Assembly: GCA_937895345.1 (NCBI GenBank)
Contig: CALAWP010000011.1
Coordinates: 24,982 to 88,981, forward strand
Reading direction: 5' to 3'
DNA: 64,000 nt
Origin: an uncultured Paenibacillus sp.
GTDB taxonomy: Bacteria > Bacillota > Bacilli > Paenibacillales > Paenibacillaceae
The position numbers were made by a program, and so were the translations under genes. Under the pieces are notes generated by a model, which saw only the letters and a program-made list of their open reading frames with translations, was not told where the DNA came from and did not search any database. Numbering within the stretch: position 1 is the first letter of the stretch; every line of letters begins with the position of its first letter. Shown one piece after another: positions 18,591 through 28,473 of this stretch.

Positions 18591-19826
18591 TTAATGCCGA
18601 TCCTCGCGCCGATCCTTCGGCAGCATGATCGCGAGCAATCCGAGAAGCGGCAGCACGCTGACCATAACCATGACGTACGCCATCCCTTGCACATCCGCGA
18701 TCTTGCCCAGCACGACGGAGCCGAGCGCTCCCATGCCGAAGGCAAGACCCGTAATGAGGCCCGATGCCGTGCCGACCTTGCCCGGCATCAGCTCCTGGGC
18801 GTAGACGACGCTGACGGAGAAGCCGGACTGCAAAATGAAGCCCATGACGGCAATGACCGGATAGACCCAAGCCTGCGGCAGATGAGGCAGCAGCAGCGCG
18901 AACGGAGCGGCGCCGAGGATGGAAATGAGCATCATTTTTTTCCGTCCGATCCGGTCGGCCGCGATGCCGCCCAGAAACGTGCCGGCAACGCCGGCCGCCA
19001 TAAACAGAAACAGCGGCACTTGAGCGGCGGATATCGAAATGCCGTACGTTTCTTTAGCGTAAAATTGATAGAAGTTGCCGATAGCCGCCGCATACCAGGA
19101 ACGCGCAAAGACGACGATCAACAGGATGGACAGCGCAAAAGCGACGATGCGGCCGGCATAAGGCGCCGGGGCGCGGCCAGCGGCAGACGGGGTCTTCTTC
19201 CGAACCTTGCCGCCTTCCTCCGCCAGGCGGGACGCGTACCACGGCACGACCTTGAACAAAATGGCGATCGCCAGCGCCGCAAGCAGCATCCCCCAGGCCG
19301 CTCCCCGCTGTCCGAGCGGAATAAAAATGAAAATGGTCATAAGCGGCGCCAGCGCTTGACCGAAGTTGCCGCCGACCTGATAGATCGACTGCGCAAACGC
19401 GCGGCGGTTGCCGGCGGCCAGATGAACGACGCGCGACCCCTCCGGATGGAACACCGCCGAGCCGAGGCCGACGAAAACGACGGACAGCAGCAGCAGCGCG
19501 AAATTCGGGGCGAACGCGAGCCCCGCCATGCCGGCCATGCTGCACAGCATGCCGACCGGCAGCATCCATGGCGTCGGCCTTCTGTCCGACCAGAGGCCGA
19601 CGACGGGCTGCATGACCGATGAGGTCATATTGAGCGTAAAAGCGATCCAGCCTACTTGCGTGTAGGACAATTTCAACGTTTCCTCAAAAACCGGAAACAA
19701 AGCCGACACGACGGCTTGCATGGAATCGTTCAGCAGGTGAACCGAGCTGATGGCCATAAGGATCGTATAGACGGTAGCCGAGCGAAGCGCTCCGCTCCGT
19801 TGGCCTGCAATGGCATTGCTTGACAT
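18591..19826 (-). CDS. MFS transporter (Fsr/fosmidomycin-resistance-like)
   Basis: About 12 TM; HLLNDSMQ, GLWSDRR, GSAVFHPEG, GGIAADRIGRK. Confidence 0.85.
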   Translation of the reverse strand: MSSNAIAGQRSGALRSATVYTILMAISSVHLLNDSMQAVVSALFPVFEETLKLSYTQVGWIAFTLNMTSSVMQPVVGLWSDRRPTPWMLPVGMLCSMAGMAGLAFAPNFALLLLSVVFVGLGSAVFHPEGSRVVHLAAGNRRAFAQSIYQVGGNFGQALAPLMTIFIFIPLGQRGAAWGMLLAALAIAILFKVVPWYASRLAEEGGKVRKKTPSAAGRAPAPYAGRIVAFALSILLIVVFARSWYAAAIGNFYQFYAKETYGISISAAQVPLFLFMAAGVAGTFLGGIAADRIGRKKMMLISILGAAPFALLLPHLPQAWVYPVIAVMGFILQSGFSVSVVYAQELMPGKVGTASGLITGLAFGMGALGSVVLGKIADVQGMAYVMVMVSVLPLLGLLAIMLPKDRREDRH

Positions 19827-19888
19827 GATGTAAGATCAACCTGCCTTTCAACACTCCCGGTTATAATAAAAGTAGGCCAAGCGGCGCT

Positions 19889-20992
19889 TCATCGACGGAA
19901 ACGGATGCAAACCGGCGACGGAAGCTCCAGCCTGCCGCCCGTCGGAGCCAACGCGCCGGTGTCCGCGTCCCTGCGGAAGACGACGATAGAACCGCTCCGC
20001 TGGTTGGCCGCCAGCAAATACCGTCCGTCCGGCGTAATGCCGAAGTTGCGCGGAAGCTCGCCGCCGCAGCCGATATGCTGCACGGGCTCCAGCTCTCCGG
20101 TGCGGCCGTCGACCGCAAATACCGCAATGCTGTTATGGCCGCGGTTGGACGTATACAAGTAACGGCCGTCAGGAGACAGATGCAAATCCGCGGCATCGTT
20201 GTAGCCGTCGTAATCGGCGGGCACGGTGGAATAAGTGTTCCCGGCCCGAAGCGTTCCGTTCTCCCGGTCGACCGCAAGCCGCGTGACCGTGGAGTCCAGC
20301 TCGTTCGTGACATACGCCGCCGGCAATTCGGGATGAAAGACGATATGCCGCGGCCCAGCTCCGGGATGAAGCTTGCAAATCTGATGCTGCTCCAGCTTGC
20401 CGGAAGCGGCGTCGACACGGTATGCGACGACGGCGTCCATGCCCAGATCGGCCGCGTAGACGAACGGCGTGCCCGGCAGCGGCTCTATGCAATGGGCGTG
20501 CGGGGCTTCTTGCCGGCCGGCGACGGGGCCCGGTGCGGCTGCATGCTGACGGAAGGCGGCAGCTTCTCCAAACTCTCCCTCCGAATCAAGCGCAAATAAT
20601 GCGACGGAGCCTCCGGAATAATTGGCGGCGAACAGCGCATGGCCTGCCGCGTCGACGCTGACGTAGCACGGGTGCGCTCCGCCGGTGGAAGCTTGACTCG
20701 TCGCCTTTCCAAGCCGCCCCGTTTGGGCGTCGATGTCAAGCGCGACGACCGTTCCGCCCGGAACTCCGTTCTCCTCGGCAATTTCCTTTACCGCATAAAG
20801 CTTGCGGCCGTTCGGGTGCAGGGCGAGAAACGACGCCTGCTCCACCCCGGACAGCTGCTGTTCGATCCGCAGTTGTCCGGTCTCCCCGTCCATGGAACAT
20901 ACATGAATAGTGTCCTCGCCTTTCTCGCCGTAAGACCCTACGTACAACCAAACCTCGTTCCCTTCTGCGGAACCGATCCGTTCATTCGCCAT
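19889..20992 (-). CDS. pgl: 6-phosphogluconolactonase (lactonase beta-propeller)
   Basis: YVGSY, HPCYV, ANYSGGS, PHAH, GAGPRH, SNRGHNSIA, PRNFGITPDG. Confidence 0.88.
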   Translation of the reverse strand: MANERIGSAEGNEVWLYVGSYGEKGEDTIHVCSMDGETGQLRIEQQLSGVEQASFLALHPNGRKLYAVKEIAEENGVPGGTVVALDIDAQTGRLGKATSQASTGGAHPCYVSVDAAGHALFAANYSGGSVALFALDSEGEFGEAAAFRQHAAAPGPVAGRQEAPHAHCIEPLPGTPFVYAADLGMDAVVAYRVDAASGKLEQHQICKLHPGAGPRHIVFHPELPAAYVTNELDSTVTRLAVDRENGTLRAGNTYSTVPADYDGYNDAADLHLSPDGRYLYTSNRGHNSIAVFAVDGRTGELEPVQHIGCGGELPRNFGITPDGRYLLAANQRSGSIVVFRRDADTGALAPTGGRLELPSPVCIRFRR

Positions 20993-21177
20993 ACCGGCAC
21001 CTTCTTCCCTGTTTTTCTATCCGGCAACCGGGCCTTTGCGCACCGCCGCGGCCAGGCCGGACTCTTATCCGAACCATCTGTAACCAAGCGCATAATTTGA
21101 AAATAGCACATGCCTATCCGCCGCACAATCTCTTTTTTTGGCGGACCTCTTCACAGAGCCGGCAATATGTGTTACAA

Positions 21178-21191
21178 TGTAAGCGCTATCA
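21178..21191 (+). promoter_or_regulatory. cre site immediately after an extended -10 (TGnTACAAT, 21170-21178)
   Basis: TGTAAGCGCTATCA is a full match to TGWAANCGNTNWCA. Confidence 0.75.
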
Positions 21192-21228
21192 AATCACGAG
21201 CAATCATTTCTTAAAGGGGGAAAAGGAA

Positions 21229-21591
21229 ATGGTGATTGTGGCGTTAAACGAACGGACGTTTTGCGAGGACTTTGACCTGGATGCCGAAATCTGTTATTTC
21301 AAGATCGGCGTTCAAGGAATGGTCAGCTTCCACGGCAAAAACTACAACAGAAAAATAAAATTGTCCGACCAAGAAATTAAAGACCTGACGAACAAGCCGA
21401 ATTATTATCCGCTCAACTCCAGCTGTTATATCAACCTCGACAAGATCAAATCGATCTCCGAGGGGGTCGTGACGTTCGGGTCGGGGCCTTCGGATACGAA
21501 GCAGCTTCCGGTCAACCGGCGCAAGCAATACGTCATCGAGCAGCTGTTCCTGCAGCGCAGCAAAAGCAAAGATTTGAAGCTGACGAAATAA
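21229..21591 (+). CDS. Stand-alone LytTR-family DNA-binding protein (120 aa)
   Basis: AAAGGGGGAAAAGG RBS then ATG at 21229. YYPLNSSCYINLDKIKSI and LPVNRRK resemble the LytTR (H)RSYIVNL..I..VSR pattern. Confidence 0.65.
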   Translation: MVIVALNERTFCEDFDLDAEICYFKIGVQGMVSFHGKNYNRKIKLSDQEIKDLTNKPNYYPLNSSCYINLDKIKSISEGVVTFGSGPSDTKQLPVNRRKQYVIEQLFLQRSKSKDLKLTK

Positions 21592-21597
21592 GCTGTT

Positions 21598-21640
21598 AAC
21601 AACCGCCTTCATTCATCGACCATGAATGAAGGCGGTTGTT
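21598..21640. terminator. Perfect 19-bp inverted-repeat terminator
   Basis: AACAACCGCCTTCATTCAT-CGACC-ATGAATGAAGGCGGTTGTT. Confidence 0.85.
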
Positions 21641-21707
21641 TGTAACGGCCGGCCCTGTTATTCTAGGGAGAGGTAATCATGCTCATAAGAAGCAGGAGGT
21701 ATAAGCA

Positions 21708-22718
21708 ATGACAGTGCAAGGACAAGCCTTTGAACGGGCTTATCAAGACGAACGCGCGGTCTGGCTGCAATGGGGCAGCTATGAAGCGGCGGCGCTCCCG
21801 GATGCGGGCGCCAATCTGATCGCATTTCGCGATACGGCTCGCGGCTATGCGATACTGAGAGAACCGGCCGAGGGACAAATGGATCATTTCCGGGCCAATC
21901 CCGGCATTTACGGCATTCCTGTTCTGTTCCCGCCGAACCGTTACGAAGACGGTACGTTTACTTGGAACGGCAAAACCTATACGTTTCCGGTAAATGAAGA
22001 ACGGACGGGAAATCATTTGCACGGCTTTTTCCATACCGCGCAATGGCAAGTCGACGATTACGGCGTTACCAAGACGGAAAGCTACGTCGTCCTGAGCATC
22101 TCGATCGGCGAAGGACATCCGATTCACCAGTATCTCCCGCACAACTTTACGATCCGCCTGCGCTATTCGCTGAGCGGCGCCGGCTTGCTGCAGCATGTGT
22201 CGGTACATAATACGGGAAGCGACGCGATGCCATGCCTGATCGCCTTCCATACCGCCATCAACGCGCCGTTCGCCGCCGGCAGCAAGGCGGAGGAATACCG
22301 GTTCACCTTGACGGCGGGCAAGAGGTGGGAGCTGAACGACAGAATGCTGCCGACAGGCAAGCATCAGCCGCTCGCGCCGGAGGAAGAACTGATGCGGACG
22401 ACCGGCGTATCTCCGTTCTGGACGTCGCTCGACAATCATTACACAAGCGAAACGCGCAACGGCCGCAACATGATGGAGCTGACGGATACGCGCGAAGGCG
22501 TAACGCTCGTCTACGATGCAGGCACGGCCTACAAGCAGTGGATGGTATGGAACAACGGCGCGACGCCGGGATTCTTCTGTCCGGAGCCGCAGCTGAACCT
22601 CGTCAATGCGCCTAACGTAAATCTTCCCGCGGAGGATATCGGCCTCGTCGGGCTGGAGCCGGGAGCAATCTGGGAATCGACCAGCCGTTTGTACATCCGC
22701 GCCGCCAATCCCAACTGA
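21708..22718 (+). CDS. Aldose 1-epimerase family protein (YoxA/GalM-like)
   Basis: GIPVLFPPNR, HLHGF, FHTA, LDNHY, FFCPEPQ; GGAGG RBS. Confidence 0.85.
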   Translation: MTVQGQAFERAYQDERAVWLQWGSYEAAALPDAGANLIAFRDTARGYAILREPAEGQMDHFRANPGIYGIPVLFPPNRYEDGTFTWNGKTYTFPVNEERTGNHLHGFFHTAQWQVDDYGVTKTESYVVLSISIGEGHPIHQYLPHNFTIRLRYSLSGAGLLQHVSVHNTGSDAMPCLIAFHTAINAPFAAGSKAEEYRFTLTAGKRWELNDRMLPTGKHQPLAPEEELMRTTGVSPFWTSLDNHYTSETRNGRNMMELTDTREGVTLVYDAGTAYKQWMVWNNGATPGFFCPEPQLNLVNAPNVNLPAEDIGLVGLEPGAIWESTSRLYIRAANPN

Positions 22719-22737
22719 CGGGAACATGACGCCAAAC

Positions 22738-22828
22738 TATAAAAGTTGAACTAGAGAATCACACGAAACAAACGGAATGAGGAAATCGAACATTCAGGCA
22801 TCCCTCTGCGAGAGCGAACGGAAGTCGA
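22738..22828 (+). mobile_element. Internally deleted, right-end-truncated copy of the MITE-like element at 33633-33831
   Basis: TATAAAAGTTGAACTAGAGAATCACACGAAA..CGGAATGAGGAAATCGAAC and GCATCCCTCTGCGAGAGCGAACGGAAGTCGA (30/31 identical) match the reverse complement of the 33.7 kb element. Confidence 0.75.
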
Positions 22829-22843
22829 TATTTTTTAATGATC

Positions 22844-22884
22844 GCCCCCTGCCCGGCCTATCGCCGCCGTCAGGGGGCTTTTTC
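22844..22884 (+). terminator. Terminator after the aldose epimerase gene and MITE fragment
   Basis: GCCCCCTG..CAGGGGGC followed by TTTTT. Confidence 0.7.
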
Positions 22885-23011
22885 GCTGGCTTTCCGGCAG
22901 GCTTCCGTATCCGGTCCGCCGGATTTGGCAATATTTTCGCCTAAACATAAAGCGCTTTCACTATTAAAATGGAGATGATGACCATTCTGTACATCGAAAG
23001 GAAGAGAGGCA

Positions 23012-23851
23012 ATGAAACGCAGCCTGAAACGACTCATCGGCATCTCCGCCTTAACCGCTCTAATGGCCGCAACACCCGCCGCAGCCTATGCGGCAACTTA
23101 TACCGTGCAGCCGAACGACACCTTATGGAAAATCGGCGTAAAGCACGGCGTGACGACCGATCAACTCAAACAAATGAACGGCCTGAGCTCCGATATGCTC
23201 TTGGTCGGCCAGAAGCTGCAAGTGCCGGATCCTGCCCACTATTCGACTGCCTTCGTGCAGTCCGGCGATACGATGTGGAAAATCGCGGCCCGTTACGGCA
23301 TACCGCTGGCCAAACTGATTGCCGCCAATCCGCAAATTCCGAATCCGAACGTCATTTGGACCGGGCAGGAGCTTCGCATCCCGACGAAACCGAGTACATA
23401 TTTGAACGGTGCGTTCCCGCTTGGCCAAGGCACGTACCAGCCATATTCGAACAATTATGCGGAAGCGCGCGATTGGTCGCCGAACGGCGCCGCCGCCCGT
23501 TCCCATGAAGGCGTCGATCTGTTCGCCGCCGAAGGAACGCCCGTCTACAGCGTTCTGGACGGCACCGTTGTCAAAGCCGGCTGGAACGAATACGGCGGCT
23601 GGCGCATCACCGTCCGGGTCGATGACAACACCGAATTTTATTACGCGCACTTGTCCCGATTCGCCGCAGGCATTAAGGAAGGGACAACTGTCGCCGCCGG
23701 CAAGCTGATCGGCTATGTCGGCAGCACCGGCTACGGGCCGGAAGGCACAAGCGGCAAATTTACGTCTCATCTTCATTTCGGCATTTATAAGCGCACGCCG
23801 ACCTATCGCGCCGTCGATCCCTTTCTCTTCTTAAAATGGTGGGAGCTGTAG
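23012..23851 (+). CDS. Secreted LysM(x2)-M23 peptidase
   Basis: Signal peptide; two LysM motifs (YTVQPNDTLWKIG; VQSGDTMWKIA..IAANPQI, SafA-like); M23 HEGVDLF, YYAHL, HLHFG. Confidence 0.9.
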   Translation: MKRSLKRLIGISALTALMAATPAAAYAATYTVQPNDTLWKIGVKHGVTTDQLKQMNGLSSDMLLVGQKLQVPDPAHYSTAFVQSGDTMWKIAARYGIPLAKLIAANPQIPNPNVIWTGQELRIPTKPSTYLNGAFPLGQGTYQPYSNNYAEARDWSPNGAAARSHEGVDLFAAEGTPVYSVLDGTVVKAGWNEYGGWRITVRVDDNTEFYYAHLSRFAAGIKEGTTVAAGKLIGYVGSTGYGPEGTSGKFTSHLHFGIYKRTPTYRAVDPFLFLKWWEL

Positions 23852-23874
23852 GAGGCAGGTTAACTGCCAATGTA

Positions 23875-23908
23875 AAAAAACGAGCCGGCTGCCAGCAGCC
23901 GGCTCGTC
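23875..23908. terminator. Terminator between the convergent M23 and ABC genes
   Basis: AAAAAAACGAGCCGGCTGC-CA-GCAGCCGGCTCGT. Confidence 0.8.
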
Positions 23909-23920
23909 GCACTCCAGGAC

Positions 23921-25726
23921 TTACAGCTGGAGCTGCTTCAAATTGTAAAATTCCCCTTTGCGGGCCATCAGCTCGTCGAACGTGCCGACTTCCGCAATTC
24001 GTCCTTGCTTCATGACGACGATGCGGTCGGCGTCCCGGATCGTCGACAGCCGGTGCGCGACGATAAACGTCGTTCTTCCCTTGATCAGCTCCCGCATCGC
24101 CTTCTGCACATGAAACTCCGATTCGTTGTCCAGCGCCGACGTCGCCTCGTCCAAAATAATAATTTTCGGATCGCGGATCAGCGCCCTCGCAATGGCGATC
24201 CGCTGCCGCTGGCCTCCCGAAAGCTTGCCTCCGTGTTCGCCGACATTCGTATCCAGCCCGTTCGGCAGCTGATCGATGAAGTCGGACAAATTGGCCATCT
24301 CGACAACCTTCGCGAGCCGCTCCTCGGTAATGTCCTTCAGTCCGTACGTAATATTGTCGCGGATCGTGCCCGAAAACAAAATATTCGTCTGCGGCACGAC
24401 CGCCAGCCGCTTCCGGTACGAACGCAAGTTCAGCTCCCTCATATCGTGCCCGTCCATCAGCACGCGGCCGGCGGTCGGATGCAGGAAGCCGATGACCATA
24501 TTAAGCACCGTCGATTTGCCTGCGCCCGACGCTCCGACAAAGGCGATGCATTCGCCCGCCTTCACGTCCAGCGTCACATGCTCCAGCACATGATGCTCCG
24601 AGCCCGGATAAGCATATTCGACGTCCTGGAACGAAAATTCGCCCCGAATGTCCGCCAGCTTCATTTTCCCGTTATGATCCTCCACATCCGTCGAGACGAG
24701 CACCTCGCGAATGGAATGAACCGATTCGAACCCTTTGGCGATTTGCGGATAAATGTTGATCAGCCCGGTGACGGAAGTCAATATCATGCCGAAAAAGCCC
24801 TGGTACATGACGACGTCGCCGACCGGAATGCGGCCCATATAAGCCAGATAAGCCGTGAACAGAAGGCACAGCACTTGAAACACCTGAAAGGACACCCAGT
24901 TGGACGCCCCGAAATAAGCTTCCACAATATCGAGCCGGCGTCCCTTCCCCTGAATGCTGCGCAGCGTCGAATCGATCCTAGCGATCTCTACCTTTTCCAG
25001 GCCGTGCGCCTTCGTCACCGGAATCATGTCGACCATTTCCGATACGCGGGACGACATCTGCTCGATCTCCTTCCGAAACTCCTTGTTCGTGCTGCGAATG
25101 CGGCGCCTGAACAACGAGACGAGAAGCACCGACATCGGCACGGTCAGCACAAAGAACAAAGAGACTAACCAGCTGCTGTTCAGCGTAATCGCAAAGGCGA
25201 TGACGATATTCAGAATCGCCGGCACAAACGCGATCATAATTTGCTTGGACATCATTTCGATCGCTTCCACGTCGCGCAGCACCTTCGACTGCAGCGTACC
25301 CGACGGCAGCTCGCGGTGCGAATTGATCGACAGCTGCTGCAGCTTGCGCACAAGGGCGCTTCGCAGCCCGGCCTCCACGTGCCGGATCGCCCGGCTCAAA
25401 AAGCTGACGTAAGCCGTATGGGTCGGAATGTTCTGCAAGATGACGACTAGCACGACCGCGAAGTTGATCCAGAGCGCGCTGACCGGGTGCCGGTCCGGAT
25501 TCGTCGCAATGTTGATCACATTGGCGGTAACGATCGGCAGCACGTACACCGGCAAGCTTTTGACAAGCAGAAACAAGATCGAAACGGCCAAGTTGACGAA
25601 ATTGCCGCGATAGACCGACAACAAAAAACGGAGCGGTCCGGCCTCCTTGTCGACGGCGGCACGCTCGAACGTATTTCCCAGTTCCATGGCCTTGTTGGCG
25701 GATATGTTGGCTGAGCTTTCGGCCAT
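23921..25726 (-). CDS. ABC exporter, fused TMD-NBD (601 aa)
   Basis: 6-TM N-terminus; Walker A GASGAGKST, LSGGQRQR, ILDEATSALD, VAHRL. Confidence 0.92.
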   Translation of the reverse strand: MAESSANISANKAMELGNTFERAAVDKEAGPLRFLLSVYRGNFVNLAVSILFLLVKSLPVYVLPIVTANVINIATNPDRHPVSALWINFAVVLVVILQNIPTHTAYVSFLSRAIRHVEAGLRSALVRKLQQLSINSHRELPSGTLQSKVLRDVEAIEMMSKQIMIAFVPAILNIVIAFAITLNSSWLVSLFFVLTVPMSVLLVSLFRRRIRSTNKEFRKEIEQMSSRVSEMVDMIPVTKAHGLEKVEIARIDSTLRSIQGKGRRLDIVEAYFGASNWVSFQVFQVLCLLFTAYLAYMGRIPVGDVVMYQGFFGMILTSVTGLINIYPQIAKGFESVHSIREVLVSTDVEDHNGKMKLADIRGEFSFQDVEYAYPGSEHHVLEHVTLDVKAGECIAFVGASGAGKSTVLNMVIGFLHPTAGRVLMDGHDMRELNLRSYRKRLAVVPQTNILFSGTIRDNITYGLKDITEERLAKVVEMANLSDFIDQLPNGLDTNVGEHGGKLSGGQRQRIAIARALIRDPKIIILDEATSALDNESEFHVQKAMRELIKGRTTFIVAHRLSTIRDADRIVVMKQGRIAEVGTFDELMARKGEFYNLKQLQL

Positions 25727-25845
25727 CTGACACCTTCCTTTTTACCGTATGGGCAGCTTCTATTCTCCGCCATATCTTAAGCCTAAACCGCCCGAATTGT
25801 AAACCGGCTTTCTTGTTCAGTTCCTATCCGATTTAGCCATTCCGC

Positions 25846-26607
25846 CTAATCGTCCCTGCCCGAGCCCAGCTTGCCCGCACGGTATTCCTTCGGCGTCACG
25901 CCGACTTCCTTCTTGAACAGCTTGTTAAAATAAACCGGATCGGAGTAGCCGACCAACTGGGCAATCTCATAGTTTTTCAGGCTCGGATGATCGCTCATAA
26001 ATTGCCGGGCCTTGTGCAGCCGGATGCCGATCAAATAATCGGTCATCGTCTCCCCCGTCTCCTGCTTGAACAGCCGGCTCAAATAATTGGCGCTCATGCC
26101 GGCCGATTCCGAAATCCGTTCCATGTCGAACGGCTTGTCGTACTCCCGCTCCAGCATTGCCTTGATCTGCTCGACGACGGGATGGCCTGACTCCTCCGCA
26201 AGACCAGGCCCCCCGTCCTCGCCTTCTGCTCCGCCGCGGCTTAACTTCAGCTTGTGCAGCACCTCTTGCAGCGCGCTCTTGTCGACCGGCTTCAGCAAAT
26301 AATCCAGCACGACGCCGCTCCGCAGCGCGGAACGGGCATATTCAAATTCGCCGAAGCCGCTCAGCACGACGGTCGGAATCGACCTGCCGCGCAGATGCTC
26401 CACAAGCCGCAAGCCGTCCATGACCGGCATCTTGATATCGGTAATGACCGCATCCAGCTCGCCGTCGCCCAGCTTGGCTATATGCGCCCACGCGTCCATC
26501 CCGTTGCCGTAAGAGCCGACGATTTCCACGCCGAGATTCATTTGCTTCAATATTTTTTCAAGGCCGCGCCGGATCAGTTCCTCGTCGTCCACAATCATAA
26601 TGTTCAT
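25846..26607 (-). CDS. YesN-type response regulator (REC + AraC)
   Basis: GGAGG RBS, start MNIMIVDDEELIR; ITDIKMP; YLLKP; YLSRLFK; YSDPVYFNKLFKKEVGVTPKEYR. Confidence 0.92.
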   Translation of the reverse strand: MNIMIVDDEELIRRGLEKILKQMNLGVEIVGSYGNGMDAWAHIAKLGDGELDAVITDIKMPVMDGLRLVEHLRGRSIPTVVLSGFGEFEYARSALRSGVVLDYLLKPVDKSALQEVLHKLKLSRGGAEGEDGGPGLAEESGHPVVEQIKAMLEREYDKPFDMERISESAGMSANYLSRLFKQETGETMTDYLIGIRLHKARQFMSDHPSLKNYEIAQLVGYSDPVYFNKLFKKEVGVTPKEYRAGKLGSGRDD

Positions 26608-26667
26608 GTTGCCGTTCCCTCCTGGCTTCCGTTCTAGTGTGCGCCATATCCGGGAAAGCCGCAACGT

Positions 26668-27498
26668 TTATTTTACCGCCCCGCTTGTCACCCCGGCAAA
26701 AATATACTTCTGCAGAAACAGATACAATATCGCCGTCGGAATCATAATGATCAGGATGGCGGACGAAATCATCTGCCAGTCGCCGCTGTTGACGCTGAAG
26801 AACCGCATGAGCGACGTCGAGACGACGACGTGCTCCGGTCTCGGCAAATACAAATACGGCACGAACATGTCGTTGTAGATGCTGATCGTTTTCAGGATGA
26901 CGATCGTAGCCGTCGCCGGACCGAGCAGCGGAAAGATGATCGACCGGAAAATACGAAACAGGGACGCGCCTTCGATCATCGCGCTTTCGTCCAGCTCGTA
27001 AGGGATGTTGCGGATGAACTGCAAGTAGATGTAGATTTGCAAAATGTCCGCCCCGACATACAGCAGCACGGGCCCCATTAAATGGTTGGTCAGCTCCAGC
27101 GCCTGTATCGTCTTGTAGTTGACGACCTGGGTCGTTATTTGCGGGATAATCGTCGCGAACAGAAACAGTCCGACCAGCACGCCCTTCAGCTTGAATTGAA
27201 ACCGGCCGACCGCGTAGCAGAACGCCGAGCCGATCAGAATGTTCAGTACGAGAGTGGTGCCGATAATAATGATCGTGTTGCCGAACGCGGTCGGCATATT
27301 CGCTTTGTTGAACGCTTGAACGAAGTTATCGAAATGAAGGAAGCTGTCCGGAAGGGAGATGGCCGCCTTTGCAAAAAACTCCTCCGATGTCTTGAACGCG
27401 TTAACGACGATAATATATGGAGGGAACAGGACGGCGAGAACGCCGGCAAGCAGGCTCGCATATTTCAGAAGGCTCCAGCCCCGATTCGTTGGTTGCAT
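26668..27498 (-). CDS. Carbohydrate ABC transporter permease
   Basis: EAA loop IPYELDESAMIEGAS; KYIFAGVTSGAVK C-terminus. Confidence 0.92.
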   Translation of the reverse strand: MQPTNRGWSLLKYASLLAGVLAVLFPPYIIVVNAFKTSEEFFAKAAISLPDSFLHFDNFVQAFNKANMPTAFGNTIIIIGTTLVLNILIGSAFCYAVGRFQFKLKGVLVGLFLFATIIPQITTQVVNYKTIQALELTNHLMGPVLLYVGADILQIYIYLQFIRNIPYELDESAMIEGASLFRIFRSIIFPLLGPATATIVILKTISIYNDMFVPYLYLPRPEHVVVSTSLMRFFSVNSGDWQMISSAILIIMIPTAILYLFLQKYIFAGVTSGAVK

Positions 27499-27503
27499 CC
27501 GCT

Positions 27504-28394
27504 TCAGCTCTCCTTTCGGTTCAGCAAATACCGTTGAATGGACAAGACGACTATAACAAAGATCAACAAGACGACGCTCATCGCGGAAGCAAGCCCGTAA
27601 TTGTTGAACTGGAAGGCGGTCTCGATTATTTTCATCACGAACGTTTCGCTCGCCCCGGCCGGTCCGCCTTTCGTCAGCACGAACGGAAGATCGAATACTT
27701 CCAGCGCGCCGGTGACGGTCAGGAACAGATTGAGCTCGATAATTTTGTAAATATTCGGCAGAGTAATATAAATAAACTTATGCCAGCCGTTGGCGCCGTC
27801 GATGGAAGCCGCTTCGTACAAATCGTTCGGGATCGATTGGAGCGCCGCAAGATAAATAACCATGTTAAAGCCCATAAACCGCCAAAAGCCGACGGAAGCC
27901 AGCGTATAATTGACGATCGACGACGTGCCGAGCCAGCTCGTTTCCGCCAGCTTGCCGAAGCCGAGCTGACCGAGAACGTAGTTCAAGGATCCGTTCGTCG
28001 TGTCGTATACGTATCCGAACAAATAAGCGACCGCGACGCCGTTCAAAATATAAGGCAAAAACAGCAGCAGCCGGAACAGATTGCGCCCCTTCAGCTTGCC
28101 GTTCAGAATGACGGCAAAATAAAGGGCGACGATGTTTTGCACGATGCCCACGACGAAATACGCGACATTGTTGCGGAAGACGCCGAAAATATCCGGATTC
28201 GAAAACACTTCCTTATAATTGGCCCAGCCGATATAAGTTTGATTCGCGCTGATGCCGTTCCAATCCGTAAAGCTGAGCCGCACCAGCTCCATCGCCGGGT
28301 AGTAGGCAAATGTCATGAGCAGCAGCAGCGGAACGGTAACGAAAGCGAACAAGATCAGCCTTCGTTGAGTTTGAAGCTTCATGTTGCCCAGCAT
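27504..28394 (-). CDS. Carbohydrate ABC transporter permease
   Basis: GAGGAG RBS before ATG at 28394; SLRFTDWNG-type segment (LSFTDWNG); LYEAASIDGAN; GGPAGAS. Confidence 0.92.
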   Translation of the reverse strand: MLGNMKLQTQRRLILFAFVTVPLLLLMTFAYYPAMELVRLSFTDWNGISANQTYIGWANYKEVFSNPDIFGVFRNNVAYFVVGIVQNIVALYFAVILNGKLKGRNLFRLLLFLPYILNGVAVAYLFGYVYDTTNGSLNYVLGQLGFGKLAETSWLGTSSIVNYTLASVGFWRFMGFNMVIYLAALQSIPNDLYEAASIDGANGWHKFIYITLPNIYKIIELNLFLTVTGALEVFDLPFVLTKGGPAGASETFVMKIIETAFQFNNYGLASAMSVVLLIFVIVVLSIQRYLLNRKES

Positions 28395-28473
28395 AACGGC
28401 ACTCTCCTCTCTCATCTCCATCCGGTACGACGGAAGACGCCGCCTGCCGGCAGCGCCGTCCGTCATCATTCGA

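Noticed and set aside
22948-22960. AAAGCGCTTT palindrome as a cre or LacI operator
   Set aside because: It lacks the terminal CA/TG on one side, and no promoter geometry could be established.
22830-23011. c-di-AMP (ydaO) riboswitch upstream of the LysM-M23 gene
   Set aside because: Expected for this gene class, but the conserved GCTGAATCC / GGAACGGGG / GGGTGAATC blocks are not visible. The hairpin here is better explained as the upstream gene's terminator.
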